Of a stretch of DNA of 64,000 bases, positions 8,812 through 19,799 are shown one piece after another. The DNA lies in the NCBI GenBank assembly GCA_918797485.1, contig CAKKNE010000002.1, forward strand, positions 3,100,001 to 3,164,000. The letters run 5' to 3'. This DNA comes from Pelagomonas calceolata. Its lineage: Eukaryota. A program made the translations under genes and the position numbers. Below the pieces are notes generated by a model that was given only the letters and a program-made list of their open reading frames with translations, searched no databases and had not been told where the DNA came from. How positions within the stretch are numbered: position 1 is the first letter of the stretch; every line of letters starts with the position of its first letter.

Positions 8812-11800
8812 ATGCCGCCGCCGCGCGGTCCGCCGCGACGACCGCCAAGGGCGCAGGCGCAGTACGCGGCCCACGCTTTACAACAGCACGGCGCGCTGCC
8901 GCCGCGGCCGCCTCCCGCGGACCCGGCTGTAACAACGGCCATTGAGGTGCTCGAGGCCTCGGCGAGATATGCGGAATCGCAAATAGATGTCCGTTCTAGA
9001 GATGCGGCGGTGGACGCGGCGTTGGGTGCTTGCGCACGGGCTTTGTCTCGAGGCGAAGTACCACTAGTCGCGCCCGCCGCACAAGCGGCGGCAAGAGTCG
9101 CCCAACTCGCGTCGGGCGCGCCGAACACCTTGCCACGATTAGCACAATTAGTGGATCAATTAGTAGGATGGGCTTTAGACGTGTCGATGGAACGGCGCGA
9201 CGCGAGAGCATTAACAGACAATTTAGCACGGTTCGGGCTGAACTGCTGGCGGTCCGAACGAGTGGTCGCTCAGACGTTAGTGAGAAACCTGGACCAGGAC
9301 CTGTCGCGACTATCAGCATCAGCCAGAGACGAAACGCAAGTGATACAAGTCGCAAGTGTAGCGCGATGCTTGTCCGCCGTCCTGAGGAATCTCGAGCGAG
9401 ATGCAGCTCATGCCCAGACCTGTTCAAGGTTTGTGGATGCCTTGTTAAGCGCAAGGACTGCGGCCCAAGAGCCTCATGCGTGGGATGACGTCTGCCACGA
9501 GCTCTGTATTGATTTACTGAAAGGGTCTGACTTTCGGTTGATAGAACAGCCGTATGGGCGGTGTTTGGAACAGCAATTGACAGCTGTGACGACGCACGCC
9601 CTCGACGCGGTAGGTGCGGACTCTTCCAAATCATCGGCGAAGCACGCTCGGAGATGTGGCAGAGCCGCGGGCCGCGTCGCGGCCTGGCTGTCCGTCCAAG
9701 GACCTCTGAGTGGTGGTGGGGCTTCGGAAATTCTAGGCGCTTGTTTAGATTCAACTCCTTCGAACGTCAGTACGGCCTTCCGCGACTGTCGACGAAGTCT
9801 AGTAATACAGGACGCCAACAAGGAACCATATACAACGTTATTTGAAGCGAGGAAGAAACTAGCGAAAGCATTGGCGGCGCTAGCGACTCTCGCGAGGCAA
9901 CCTGAAAGGGTAGCAAGGGCCGCTTCCATAGCTACCGACGCCGACGATTATGCTTTTTTCTTAGATGCCGCTCTACGAGATGTAGATGGTTCTGCGCGCT
10001 TATGCGAGGCAGCCCCTCAAAACAATAACAGGGACAACTGGGACGCGTGGTGCCGCACAGCTTCTTCTGTTGCCAAGGGCGCGGCGCAGCCAGCTAGATC
10101 GAGAGGTGCCGGAGCGGCGGCGCGACGAGAAGCATTAGAGAAGGCCCTGCAAGCGTTATGTAACGCGCCATCCTTCGAGGGCGAGTGCTTTCAAGCGCTC
10201 ACAGCTCTCTGCGACGCGCTACCGCATGGAGCAGGTGTGAAAGCTCTAGAAACGCGCGAGGCCCTCGCTACGAAAGCGCTACCCTCCTTGATAAAGCGAC
10301 TTAGAAGGAGACCTGTCTCGAATAAAGATCTCAATCACGCGGGGCCTGCCTTCGCGGCTTGTGCGTCTCGGTTAGCGTCTGGAGACGACCAGTACGTCGA
10401 CAGCGCAGCAACTGCCTCGTTACAAGTCATTACGAGCTTGGGCGGCGGCGGCGACGGCTCCGTGGCGTGTATCCGCGGTCTCGGCCGGCCGAAGGCGGAA
10501 GGAGATAGAGACGCTACATTACAACTAGTCTCGAGGGCCCAGGAAAGTTCATCAGGTGACCTCGCGGCCTTATTTGTTGAGGACACTACTGATGACACAC
10601 AACCCTTAGAAGTGGCCGTCATCGACCTCGAGGAGCACGTCACTCCAGCGCTCAAAACGAGACACGAGCGCGACGGCGACGCGCGAGCTTGTTTATTGGC
10701 TTTGCTGCGGCCGCAGACGCGCGTCTCCGTCTCGAAGAGCACGACGCCGCACAAGAAGGGTAAAAGACCACCTGCTTTACTGTTGCGGAGACCGGGGACG
10801 CCCCCACCTGATACAGACGACGACGACGACTCCGCTGCTCACCGCGCGCGAGCGGCGGCACCTTCAGCATTCGCGAAGACGGCCGCGACGCAGATCGTCT
10901 CACAGCTGCTGCGGAGTTGTCTAGGGGACCCTGCTCAGACGTTGGAACGTATTAGTAATGATGCCAAGGAAGCTGCTATGAGAGGTGACCGTGCACAACG
11001 AGTGAACATTTTAGCGTTGGTGGATGCTCTGGAACGGGAGATGGGCAGGGTCGCGGAAACGCGGCCCTCGACGCTTCCCGACGACGTTCAAGTGTTACTA
11101 GGTAACAATGAATCTGATGGGGAAGAAGAAGACAACCGGCCGCCCTGGGAGGTGGCCTTCTTCTTCCGGCAGAACCGGAAAGTGTGTGATGCCTGGCTGT
11201 CACAAATAAGAAAGGACGCGGCGGTCTGTGCTTTAAGAAGCGGTTCATTTGCGCAGGCCTCGTACCACGCGGCCCACGACTGTTCGGCCTGTGCTCTCCA
11301 ACTAAAAGAGGTGCGCGCCAAAGTTACGCAATCAAAGAAGACGCCCAAGGCTGAGATTGATGCGATCCGACGGTTCGAGGACGCGTTGGCGGTGTTGGCG
11401 TTAGCTCGGACGGCGCTCGGTGATGGGGCCGGTGTTCGTGGTTTGCACCGGTGGCACCGCGACGTCGCCGATAGTAGTGATGGGAAGAGAAGAGGGTGGT
11501 GGCTCGAAGCGGCCGCAGATGTTTGTATCAGTGTTGTTACTTTATATATAGGACGCGCATGACGAAGAATTTATTAACCGAACAGATATCTGACTTCATC
11601 TGATTATATTTCAAACCAATTCTCCGCCGACGCGTCGTTCCTTTCACACATATCGTTCGATGTGTGATATCCGCAACTCACACTTTATAACATAGGTCGC
11701 CGCCGGCCGCCACGCGGCGGCCCTGACGACCATTGCTCAGCGTTCTTTAAGTGACGACTGCCGCGCCGCCGCCGTCACTACTGCGTTAGAACTCGCCGCG

Positions 11801-14800
11801 AGATCAAGAGCCGCCTTAGGTCGACGCGACGACGACGCCTTCCGAGCCATATTAGAGCGAAGGAAGAACCTCGAGAAGCAGTCCAATAAGACGCTGCTCG
11901 CGGCCTTCGAGGGCAAGCAGGCGGCGCTCGCTCTTGGACGGTGGACAGCGCCACACGTGATGTGCCGCGGCGACCCCGTCGACTTGTCCGTGCGGAAAGC
12001 CGTGAGTGCGGACACGCAAACTAGGTTGGCGCTGACGGACATCTGCGCGAAGTTAAGGGATGCCAAACCTGCTGACGGTCCCTTCGGTAGATATGCTCGC
12101 TCGTTGTCTGTCGCGGCGCGAGCCGCAACGGCGGCAGCGACAAACTTCCCCGGCCCCTGTTACGGTCGAGGCGACGCGTTAAGACGCTTACGACGAGCTA
12201 CTGATGCAGGATGGGCCCGTCCGGTCATCGGCGTCGCGCAGGCTTTTAGTGATAACGTCCAGAGGACGCAACGCGCGGTGGAGGCGTGTGAATTGGAGGC
12301 CGCCGCGTCGGTCTGTTGTCGGCGGAACGATGATAGAGACGCGGCGGAGGACTACCTCGCTTCATTAACGGCGAGAGCCGCTCTCGTAAGGGAGCATGGG
12401 TCGAGGCACTGGAGACTAGTTGATGGCGCCCCTTTGCATGTCCTTGTGGAAAGGTGCCACCTCACGAAACCGGGCACGTTTCGCGCGCTGAAGAACGCCG
12501 CGCGATTAGTTGAACATGCTTGTTTGTTGCGAGAACAGGCCGGCCCGCCTACTCTGAGGACATTAACGGTATTAACCGAGCAAGACTCCCCTAAACTACC
12601 TCTCAAGCGATTCCTCGAACCTGACAGAATTGTTGGAGCACCGGTTGATGTTGCGTCCGACAAATTACATTTCTCGGCGCGGTGGCTCCGCAAGGCCTGC
12701 CGGACGGCTCTTAAAGTCACGACGAATATCGATTGGGACGCGGCGTTGACGGAAGCCGCACAACGTTGCTGTCTAGCGACCGGAGCTTTATCTTCGAACA
12801 ATGGGCCCGTCGACCTGCTGCGAGCTTGTGTGAGAGCAACACCGGCCGACGCGAAGTCCTGGCTCGAGCTAGGGCGGTGGACGGAGTCTTCACTAAATGA
12901 CGTCGACGAGGCGAGGCACGCCTACGCTAGGTGTTTGCAGGTAGGAGGTCTCTCGGCAAAACTAGCTAGTATTGCTGGTGCGCGTTTAATACAAGCTAGT
13001 GAAGACGCCAAGGGCTTGGACGAGCTCGCCGACGACACGCCGACGAACGCCTGGGTGTCCGTAGCCCCACAGTTACTCGGAGCGGCCTTCACGCCGTCCT
13101 CGACCTACTCGCCCACAAGACCTTGGTTCCGGTTATTAAGACGCGTGGCTCTCGAACGGCCGGAGGTCGTCGCCCATGCTGTGGTGGTGGCCTGTCGCGA
13201 GGCGAAGCGAGATAAAGCGGCTCTGCTGGAGGACGGGACCACAAAGCCATGGTTCCGAGGCGGCGCGGCGACTCGTACCTTACGAGCCGAACTTGCACTG
13301 TCGGGGGCGACGACGCGAGCGTTGTTGGCCGGTTCCGAGTTGTTAGCTGATGAGCTACATACTGTCGCTACTTTACCGGAGGATCGGTGGTGCTTAGCTC
13401 TGTCTCGACGCACCTGTGCGGAGTTACGAGACGCCCAACACTCCCTGCGACGAGAGTTAGCTCGTTCCTTGGTCGTGTTTACATCAAATGACACGACACC
13501 AGTCCCCGAATCCCTGAACAAAGATAGGCTCGAGGAGCTCATCGACAGTGTCCTCTTCAAGCGGAAATGTCTGGCGAGGCCCTTTTTGCGGTTACTAGAT
13601 AAAGCCGTCGACGATTTAATACAGGACAAGGACTTTCCTACAGAACATGCGCAGGAATTCCACCACGTCGCGCGGGCGGCCGTCGCTGCCGCGCGCGAAT
13701 CGCTAGAAAGTCCACCACGTTCGGTAGTGAGGGAATGGTGCCGCGGCGACCGGATTACGGGAGTAGATGGGTTTGGCGGTGCTATTGATGCGTTCGCTAA
13801 ATTACGCGGGGATGATATACAGCAGTGGTCTCCTGAGAGTGTCGCGCCTCGATTGACGCAAGGCCTTTCCAGTGAGGAACAAGTCTCGTTACCGGTAGCT
13901 TGTACTCCAAAAGCAAGATTACTATCTTTGACTGGTTCTGTCAGAGCTCTAGCCTCACGTACGCGGCCGAAGAAAATACATGTGGCTTGCGACGACGGCC
14001 TGACGAGAGCCTTCCTACTCAAAGGAAGGGAAGACGTCCATTTAGACGCTAGAGTGATGCAACTATTACAATGTGTGGGATGGGCCACGAAGGCGTCGAT
14101 CAACAGGTACGCGGTGCTACCTCTCTCGCGTAGTTCAGGCCTCATCGAGTGGGTGCCTAGAACTACACCCTTATTTACGTTGTATGAAAGGTGCCAAAAA
14201 AACAGGAGACTGACGAAGGCCATCGGCATCCGCCAGAAAAGATTGAGCGACGAGGCTAGTAATAACAATAAGAAGAAGCGGTCGCCGCGAAAGCCAAAGG
14301 GAGAGGAGATCGAGCGGGACGCGGCGCCGTCGCACCTGTGGCGGCTGGCTCTGTCGCGACGGAACATCGACCCTTCGAAACGCAACGAGTGGGACCTTTC
14401 TAAGATACGTTCCGCGTACGACGAACTGGCGGCCGACGCGCCTTCTGAACTCGTAGATCGAGCTCTAGCAAGGGCGCAATCTTCATGTTCAGACTACGTG
14501 CGAGCTCGAAGGATCTACGCGGAGTCGCTGGGGACGTCTTGCGTCGTAGCACATGCTCTCGGATTAGGGGATCGGCATCTCGACAATGTACTGCTAGACG
14601 CTTCATCGGCGAAGCTGTGGGACGTCGACTGGGGCGTTTGTTTCGACGCGGGTCATCGGTTGAGAGTGCCGGAAAAGGTGCCGTTTCGCTTGACGCCGTG
14701 TGTTGCACGACCCTTGGGTCCCGAAGGTGCTTCTAGATCAGGCGTGTTCGTGGAGTCGGCGCATCGATTGGCCTCTTCACTAGCAGGCGACGCGGGCCAA

Positions 14801-17800
14801 TCGTTGGCGGAACTACTTGCTTTATGCTGTCGCGACGCGAGAGTCGAGTGGCGCGCGACGCGGGGCCCGGCTCGGATCAAAAACAAGGAGCGCGACGAAG
14901 GAGCGAAGCAACGAGGTGTCTTAGCGTTGGCGTCCGCAAGACTCTGGGAGGACCGGCGTTCGCTCCGAGCGGACGCTTTGAAGAGATCCGAGGCCGTCAA
15001 AGCTTGTCTCGACGCCCGATACGCCTCCATCGACGCCTCAAAACTCAAAGACGAACCGGAGGAGGATGATATTCAGAGACCGAAGCAGGCCGAGCTCGCG
15101 CACGCCACGAAGGAGACGAAGCGGTTATTAGCTCAGAAACGCGAAGCTGAACGCTCCAGAGCGGACGCGTCGGACGCCGTATATAATTCTAAGATGGCTT
15201 TGGACGAAGCTCTGTCAAGAAGCGCTACTGAACGTCAACGACGGATCGATGCTAGGTTTAAGTTATCTACAGGTGACGACACGCTAGCTACGTTGGCTGC
15301 TACGTTGCGAGCAGCTGCGGCGGGCGCGGTTGGTGTCCCAGAACCAAACTTGGAATTACTTCGCCGAATCTTCGAGACGCGGCCGGATCTGCGAGACGTC
15401 GTGGCGGCGTTACGAGATGATAATTTGTTGAGTGACGGCATCCGAGCCGCGAGGGACCAGGTCCTGCAAAACGGCTCCATGTTCGCTTTTCAAGGGTATG
15501 AAAATACGAATGAAAAGGAAGACATGCGTGTTTTGGAGACGATCCATGCGGCTCTGTTGAGGACGCCGCCGGACCCGCGGCCGGCGTGTCGGGATGCGGC
15601 CACGGCGCTGGAGCGAGCTTCAGAAGCTCTACGCAGTGCCGCACCCTTGGTTGCGGCTGACGAATCCACGGAAGATCAGAATGGAGACGCTTTTGCTCAT
15701 GCCACATCGCTAGAAGAGTTTTTAGGCGAGGCCGAAGCTAGGTTAGCCCTAGCTCGCGACCTCGTCGAGGGCTCGGCCGCACCTCTGAGAAGCGATAGGA
15801 TAGCGTACGCGTTGCAGGTCCTAGATACGGCGAAAGATAACGCTCGATCACGAGTGAGGGACCAGATCAACGACGACGCCTTCGTTGGCGCCCTCAAGTC
15901 GCTACGACGCGCCCTCGACGCGACGGACGCGCTGCAAAGCATGAGTCAGAGGCCGGTCGTGAGCGCTTCGGCAAGGTGCCAGCGGTCCGTGTCGCGGCTG
16001 CGAGACGTCGACTCTTCCTCAAATAATGATGACGCTTTGGTAGATGCTGCTTGTCAAGCGCGAGCAGCACTCGACGATAGTGATGTAAGAGACGCCTCAT
16101 GTTTACATGAAGATGACCGTTCCATACGCATCGCGGCGCGTTTAGACTCGCTGAGGGATGCGGCCGTCGGCTTAGATCAGCTCCTGGATCAATATGATAC
16201 CAGTCAGGATATATTACATCACATTGCAAGAGGCTGCGACGCGGCGAAACGCCTATCGAGGGATGCCGCTAGACTATTCGCGGCCTCGGCGCTGTCAAGA
16301 CCATCCGACGATAAAGCTCGAGCGTGGCGAGCGAGAGCGTTCCATGCTGCTGATGATAGTGAAAACTGGCGCGCGTGTCTATCGTCGGTACGAGAAGAAG
16401 CTCCTGATGATGACTTGTTGATCCAAGCCCTGGACGCGCTCTGGGCGCCTCTCGCCGGTGCGTTGCGCGCTTGTAATGCCGAGGACGAGGGCATCGGGCA
16501 TGCGAGACGGGGCTTGTTGGCAGCTAGAGATTTAACTGGTGACGACGCCGAGCGGTCGGCCGGGTGTGCCTTATCCGAAGCGGCGTCTGCCGGTGCGGCG
16601 CCCCTAGAAAAACTTCTACTGAAGGAAATAGAGGCCTTCGCCAGCAAACTGCCGGCCACCGCATCGAGGTCGGACGCGGCCGTCTTGCTATCGGCGTCTT
16701 GCGCGGCGGCGCAGCTCAAGCACCTCCTGATGGAGCCGACGGAGTTAAACATGATCCTCCAGCATTTACAAAGACGCTGGTCGCGCTTTGACCAAGCGTG
16801 CGACTCATATACATCTAGAAGAGGTGCAGAGGTCGTGAAGGCGGCGCATCAAATCCAAGCGCGGTCGCCGACGGGGCTCGAAGGTGCCGCATTAAATGCT
16901 TTACGTAGAGCGTCGGACCGCATTTCGTTAGGAGAGGCCGCGCGGTCGTCGTTGCATGCCGCTCGTCAAACACTAGAGACGGGCTTGCGTGCCTTGGACT
17001 CGGCCCAACCTTTTGGTGCGTTGGGTTTGTTAGACGAACTGCAACCTCGCGTTCCAAGAGGAGACGGCTCCTGGGAGCAGCGGCTCAACAAGAGGCGGGA
17101 CGCCGTCCTTACGGTACGAAGGTGGGTCGCCGAGGCGATGGACGCCTGCGACGTCGTCTCGAGCTTGCCGGATCTCGGTGGTGTTATCAATGGTGATAAC
17201 GTCAATGATCTACAGGACGCCCTGAAGCATGCGCAACAGTACTTCGATGCCGGTGCGAGGATCGGCGACGCCGCGGATGCGGCCTACGCCGCCGCGCAGG
17301 CCCACTTAGCGTCATTGCGAGAACGAGAAAGAAAGGCCACCGCCAGTAAAGGTGCTTTAGGGAACGCCGCTCGCAAGGTGCGGTTCGCCAAAAAGAAGCT
17401 GCGGGAACGACAGGCCGGCGATGGGAGAGTGTGGAACGTGCTTCGAGGGCGGACCGCGGACCTCGGCGCGCTCTTTACTTCCGACAGTGTAGCAGCGGCC
17501 GAAGCGAAGGACCTGGAGGCGCGGTTCTGGGAGCTCGATAGGGCTGATTCGCAGTCGTCGAAGTTAATTATTACGGAGGGTGAAAGTGTCGTGTTGGCCG
17601 TCGAGGACCTGGAGGCCTTCGAGAAGGGGTCCAAGAGCAGTACGACTACGTTACCGTTCCATCGCCAAAGGGTCGATACGATCACGCGCGAGTTTGGCGA
17701 GAAGGCTAGTCAGCTTGTTGAATCGGCGGCGCCGTCCGAGTTGGACGTCAAGCCGCTCAAGGCCACGGACCGGACCTCCGTAGCGACCTTGGTGGCTCGC

Positions 17801-18097
17801 TTACTCCGGTTAGCTGACCGGGGGACTTCGCAGGGCCTCGCCCTCGACGACAACATTCAGAGGGACCTGAAACGAGCTCCGCCCTTGTCGTCGCCGGAGA
17901 CCGACGAGGAGACGGACAAGCCGGCGTCGCCGCGTCCCCAAGTGTCGCGCGAGGGCGCCGCCGAGGACGCCTTAGAAACGACGCGCGCGAAACTCGCTTC
18001 TTATGAAGACGCGGCGGTTGTCGACGACCTGGTGAAGACGGCGACGGATCCCGCCGTGCTCTGCCGCATGTACGAGGGGTGGGCGCCCTGGGTCTAG
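8812..18097 (+). CDS. SMG1: SMG1-like PIKK Ser/Thr kinase; exons 8812-11520 and 11696-18097 (~3036 aa)
   Basis: SRTRPKK, LLKGREDVHLDARVMQLL, SGLIEWV, GLGDRHLDN, LRVPEKVPFRLT; a long post-kinase insertion, then FATC LCRMYEGWAPWV*, which is the SMG1 architecture. A GT-AG intron joins the two ORFs in frame. Confidence 0.8.
11521..11695 (+). other. Spliceosomal intron (AT-rich, conventional) in SMG1
   Basis: GAT|GTTTGT...CATAG|GTC, phase 0, restores the frame of ORF 11957..18097. Confidence 0.8.
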
Positions 18098-18158
18098 GTG
18101 ACCCGGTTGCTCCTGCCCGCGTAACTGGGATTTGCGGCACTTTTCTAGAAATTCACAA

Positions 18159-19294
18159 TTAAGATAAGCTCATCAGCCGCCCCGCCGCGTCGCAGACCGG
18201 AGCTTCTTTCCGCGTGAGCAAATACGTCGTCTCGAAGAAGTAGTCGCAGCCGCGCTCGCGCCAGGACGGCTCGAGGGGCATGCGGTCCTCGCGCTTGAGC
18301 ACCTATGTGGAAATCAAATTTCGGGCGCCCCACGCCATCGACGCGATATTTTCTCCGTAGCTGCGTCTGCTCGATGGCATGAAGTTTCCAGGCCATCGAC
18401 GCGACATCATCGCAGTGACCGCTCGCATAACCTAACTCACTGGTTGATTTCCACACAGCTCTCGACTTCGATGTCGAAGTCGGCTGAGAACAACCGGTCG
18501 ACTTCAGCGCGCTCGATGGAATGCGGCGGCCCGAGCTTACCACCTTCAAATGGCGGGTGCTCGACGCTCACGAAGAGCACCCTGCCCCCCGGTCGCACGA
18601 GCCGCTTTAGCACCGCGGCGTAGGCCTCCCTATCATCTGGAGCGACGGCCACCAACCCTCCTCGGTCGAAGGCCGCGTCGACGAGCGGGCACCTGTGTGG
18701 AAATCAAAATTTTACGGCGCGGCCGCGCTGATTCTTCGCGTCAACCTCCACGCCATCAACGCGACGCCTGCTCGACGGCGTGGCGGTGCCGGTTGATTTC
18801 CACACAATTGGGCACGAGAAGTTGCCGAGAAAATCACCAGTATGCCAGGTCAAGCGCTTGGAGCCGCCCTCAAATGGCAGCCGCACGACGTGCATCGTCG
18901 CCAAAGCGCCGCGGACATCATCTCCGTCGTAGTCGTCGCACGCGTGGCCGGCAATTCTGCGAGCCTCGTCCGCACCATAAGTGGCCTTGAAGGCGTCGAG
19001 CGCCGCCGGGACGCCCTCGACCGCCACGACGCTATGGCCGCGCCACGCCAGATGGGCGACGTCGTGGCTCTGGCCGGCGAGCGGCACGAGCACGCGCGAC
19101 GGCTCGGGCAGCAGTCTCTCCTCAAACTCCGCGAGGCGCGGATGCACGGTCTTACCGAGCTCCCAGCCGCGCGTGTCGCCCTCCCAGCGCTTTCTCCACC
19201 TCGCCAGGCGGTCATCGCTCTGTTGGCAAGTCTGCTGCAGCGCCAGCGACGCGGCGATGCCCGCGGCGGCTCGCGGCAGCGCGCGGAGCATCAT
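18159..19294 (-). CDS. Thiopurine S-methyltransferase (TPMT) family; exons 19294-18816, 18692-18467, 18302-18159 (282 aa)
   Basis: WRKRWEG..GW, RVLVPLAGQSHD, GHSVVAVE, GDFL, AAFDRGGLVAV..DREAY, GPPHS. Removing two introner elements gives a continuous 849-nt frame. Confidence 0.85.
18303..18466 (-). mobile_element. Introner element IE-1 (intron 2 of TPMT)
   Basis: Minus strand: GAA|GTCGAGAG-CTGTGTGGAAATCAA...TTGATTTCCACATAG|GTG. 15-bp TIRs, GT donor exactly 8 nt outside the TIR, internal CACGCCATCGACGCG. Confidence 0.85.
18693..18815 (-). mobile_element. Introner element IE-2 (intron 1 of TPMT)
   Basis: Minus strand: TC|GTGCCCAA-TTGTGTGGAAATCAA...TTGATTTCCACACAG|GTGCCCGC; 8-bp TSD matches 6/8. 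Confidence 0.9.
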
Positions 19295-19516
19295 CTACTT
19301 GCTCCGCAGAATGAAGACGAGGAAGAAGAGGCCGCCGATGCCGCAGGCGCTCAGCGCGACGGCGCGCCACACGTTATAGGCTGCGGTGGCTGCCGCGAGT
19401 ACGAGCTCTTCGTCGTCGTCAGCGGCAGCAGCAGCCTCGACGTCGTGGCCTTGCTTGTACTTGTGCAGGTATGCCGCCTCGCGCGCTGTGGGTTCAGCAC
19501 CACTGATGCGGCGCAT
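19295..19516 (-). CDS. Small 73-aa protein with C-terminal TM helix, directly abutting the TPMT start
   Basis: ATG 19516, GC3-rich codons, VWRAVALSACGIGGLFFLVFIL; its TAG is immediately followed by ATG ATG of TPMT. Confidence 0.45.
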   Translation of the reverse strand: MRRISGAEPTAREAAYLHKYKQGHDVEAAAAADDDEELVLAAATAAYNVWRAVALSACGIGGLFFLVFILRSK

Positions 19517-19799
19517 CGACTGCCACTGCGAGAAGAGTCACTTAGTAATGCGCAGTGCCTCCGCGAAGCGCTAGAGCGAGAGACACACTAGGATGCTAGT
19601 ATGTCTCGCGTAGCTCATTTGGAAATCGAGCCAGCCGCTCGCTCGCGTCGCAGCGGCCTAGGAGGCAAACCAGCGTAGTGGGAACAACTAAGGACACAGC
19701 GAGGACGGTCAAGCCGCTGGTCCGAGCCCGACGCGCCGCCGGAGCCACCGCTGCCGCCAAATAGAAGAAAGCCAGACTCAGCGCGCGCCACGATATACG

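Noticed and set aside
11521..11695. SMG1 intron as an introner (contains a CACACA..TGTGTG hairpin)
   Set aside because: No terminal TIRs, TSD or full core motif; AT-rich
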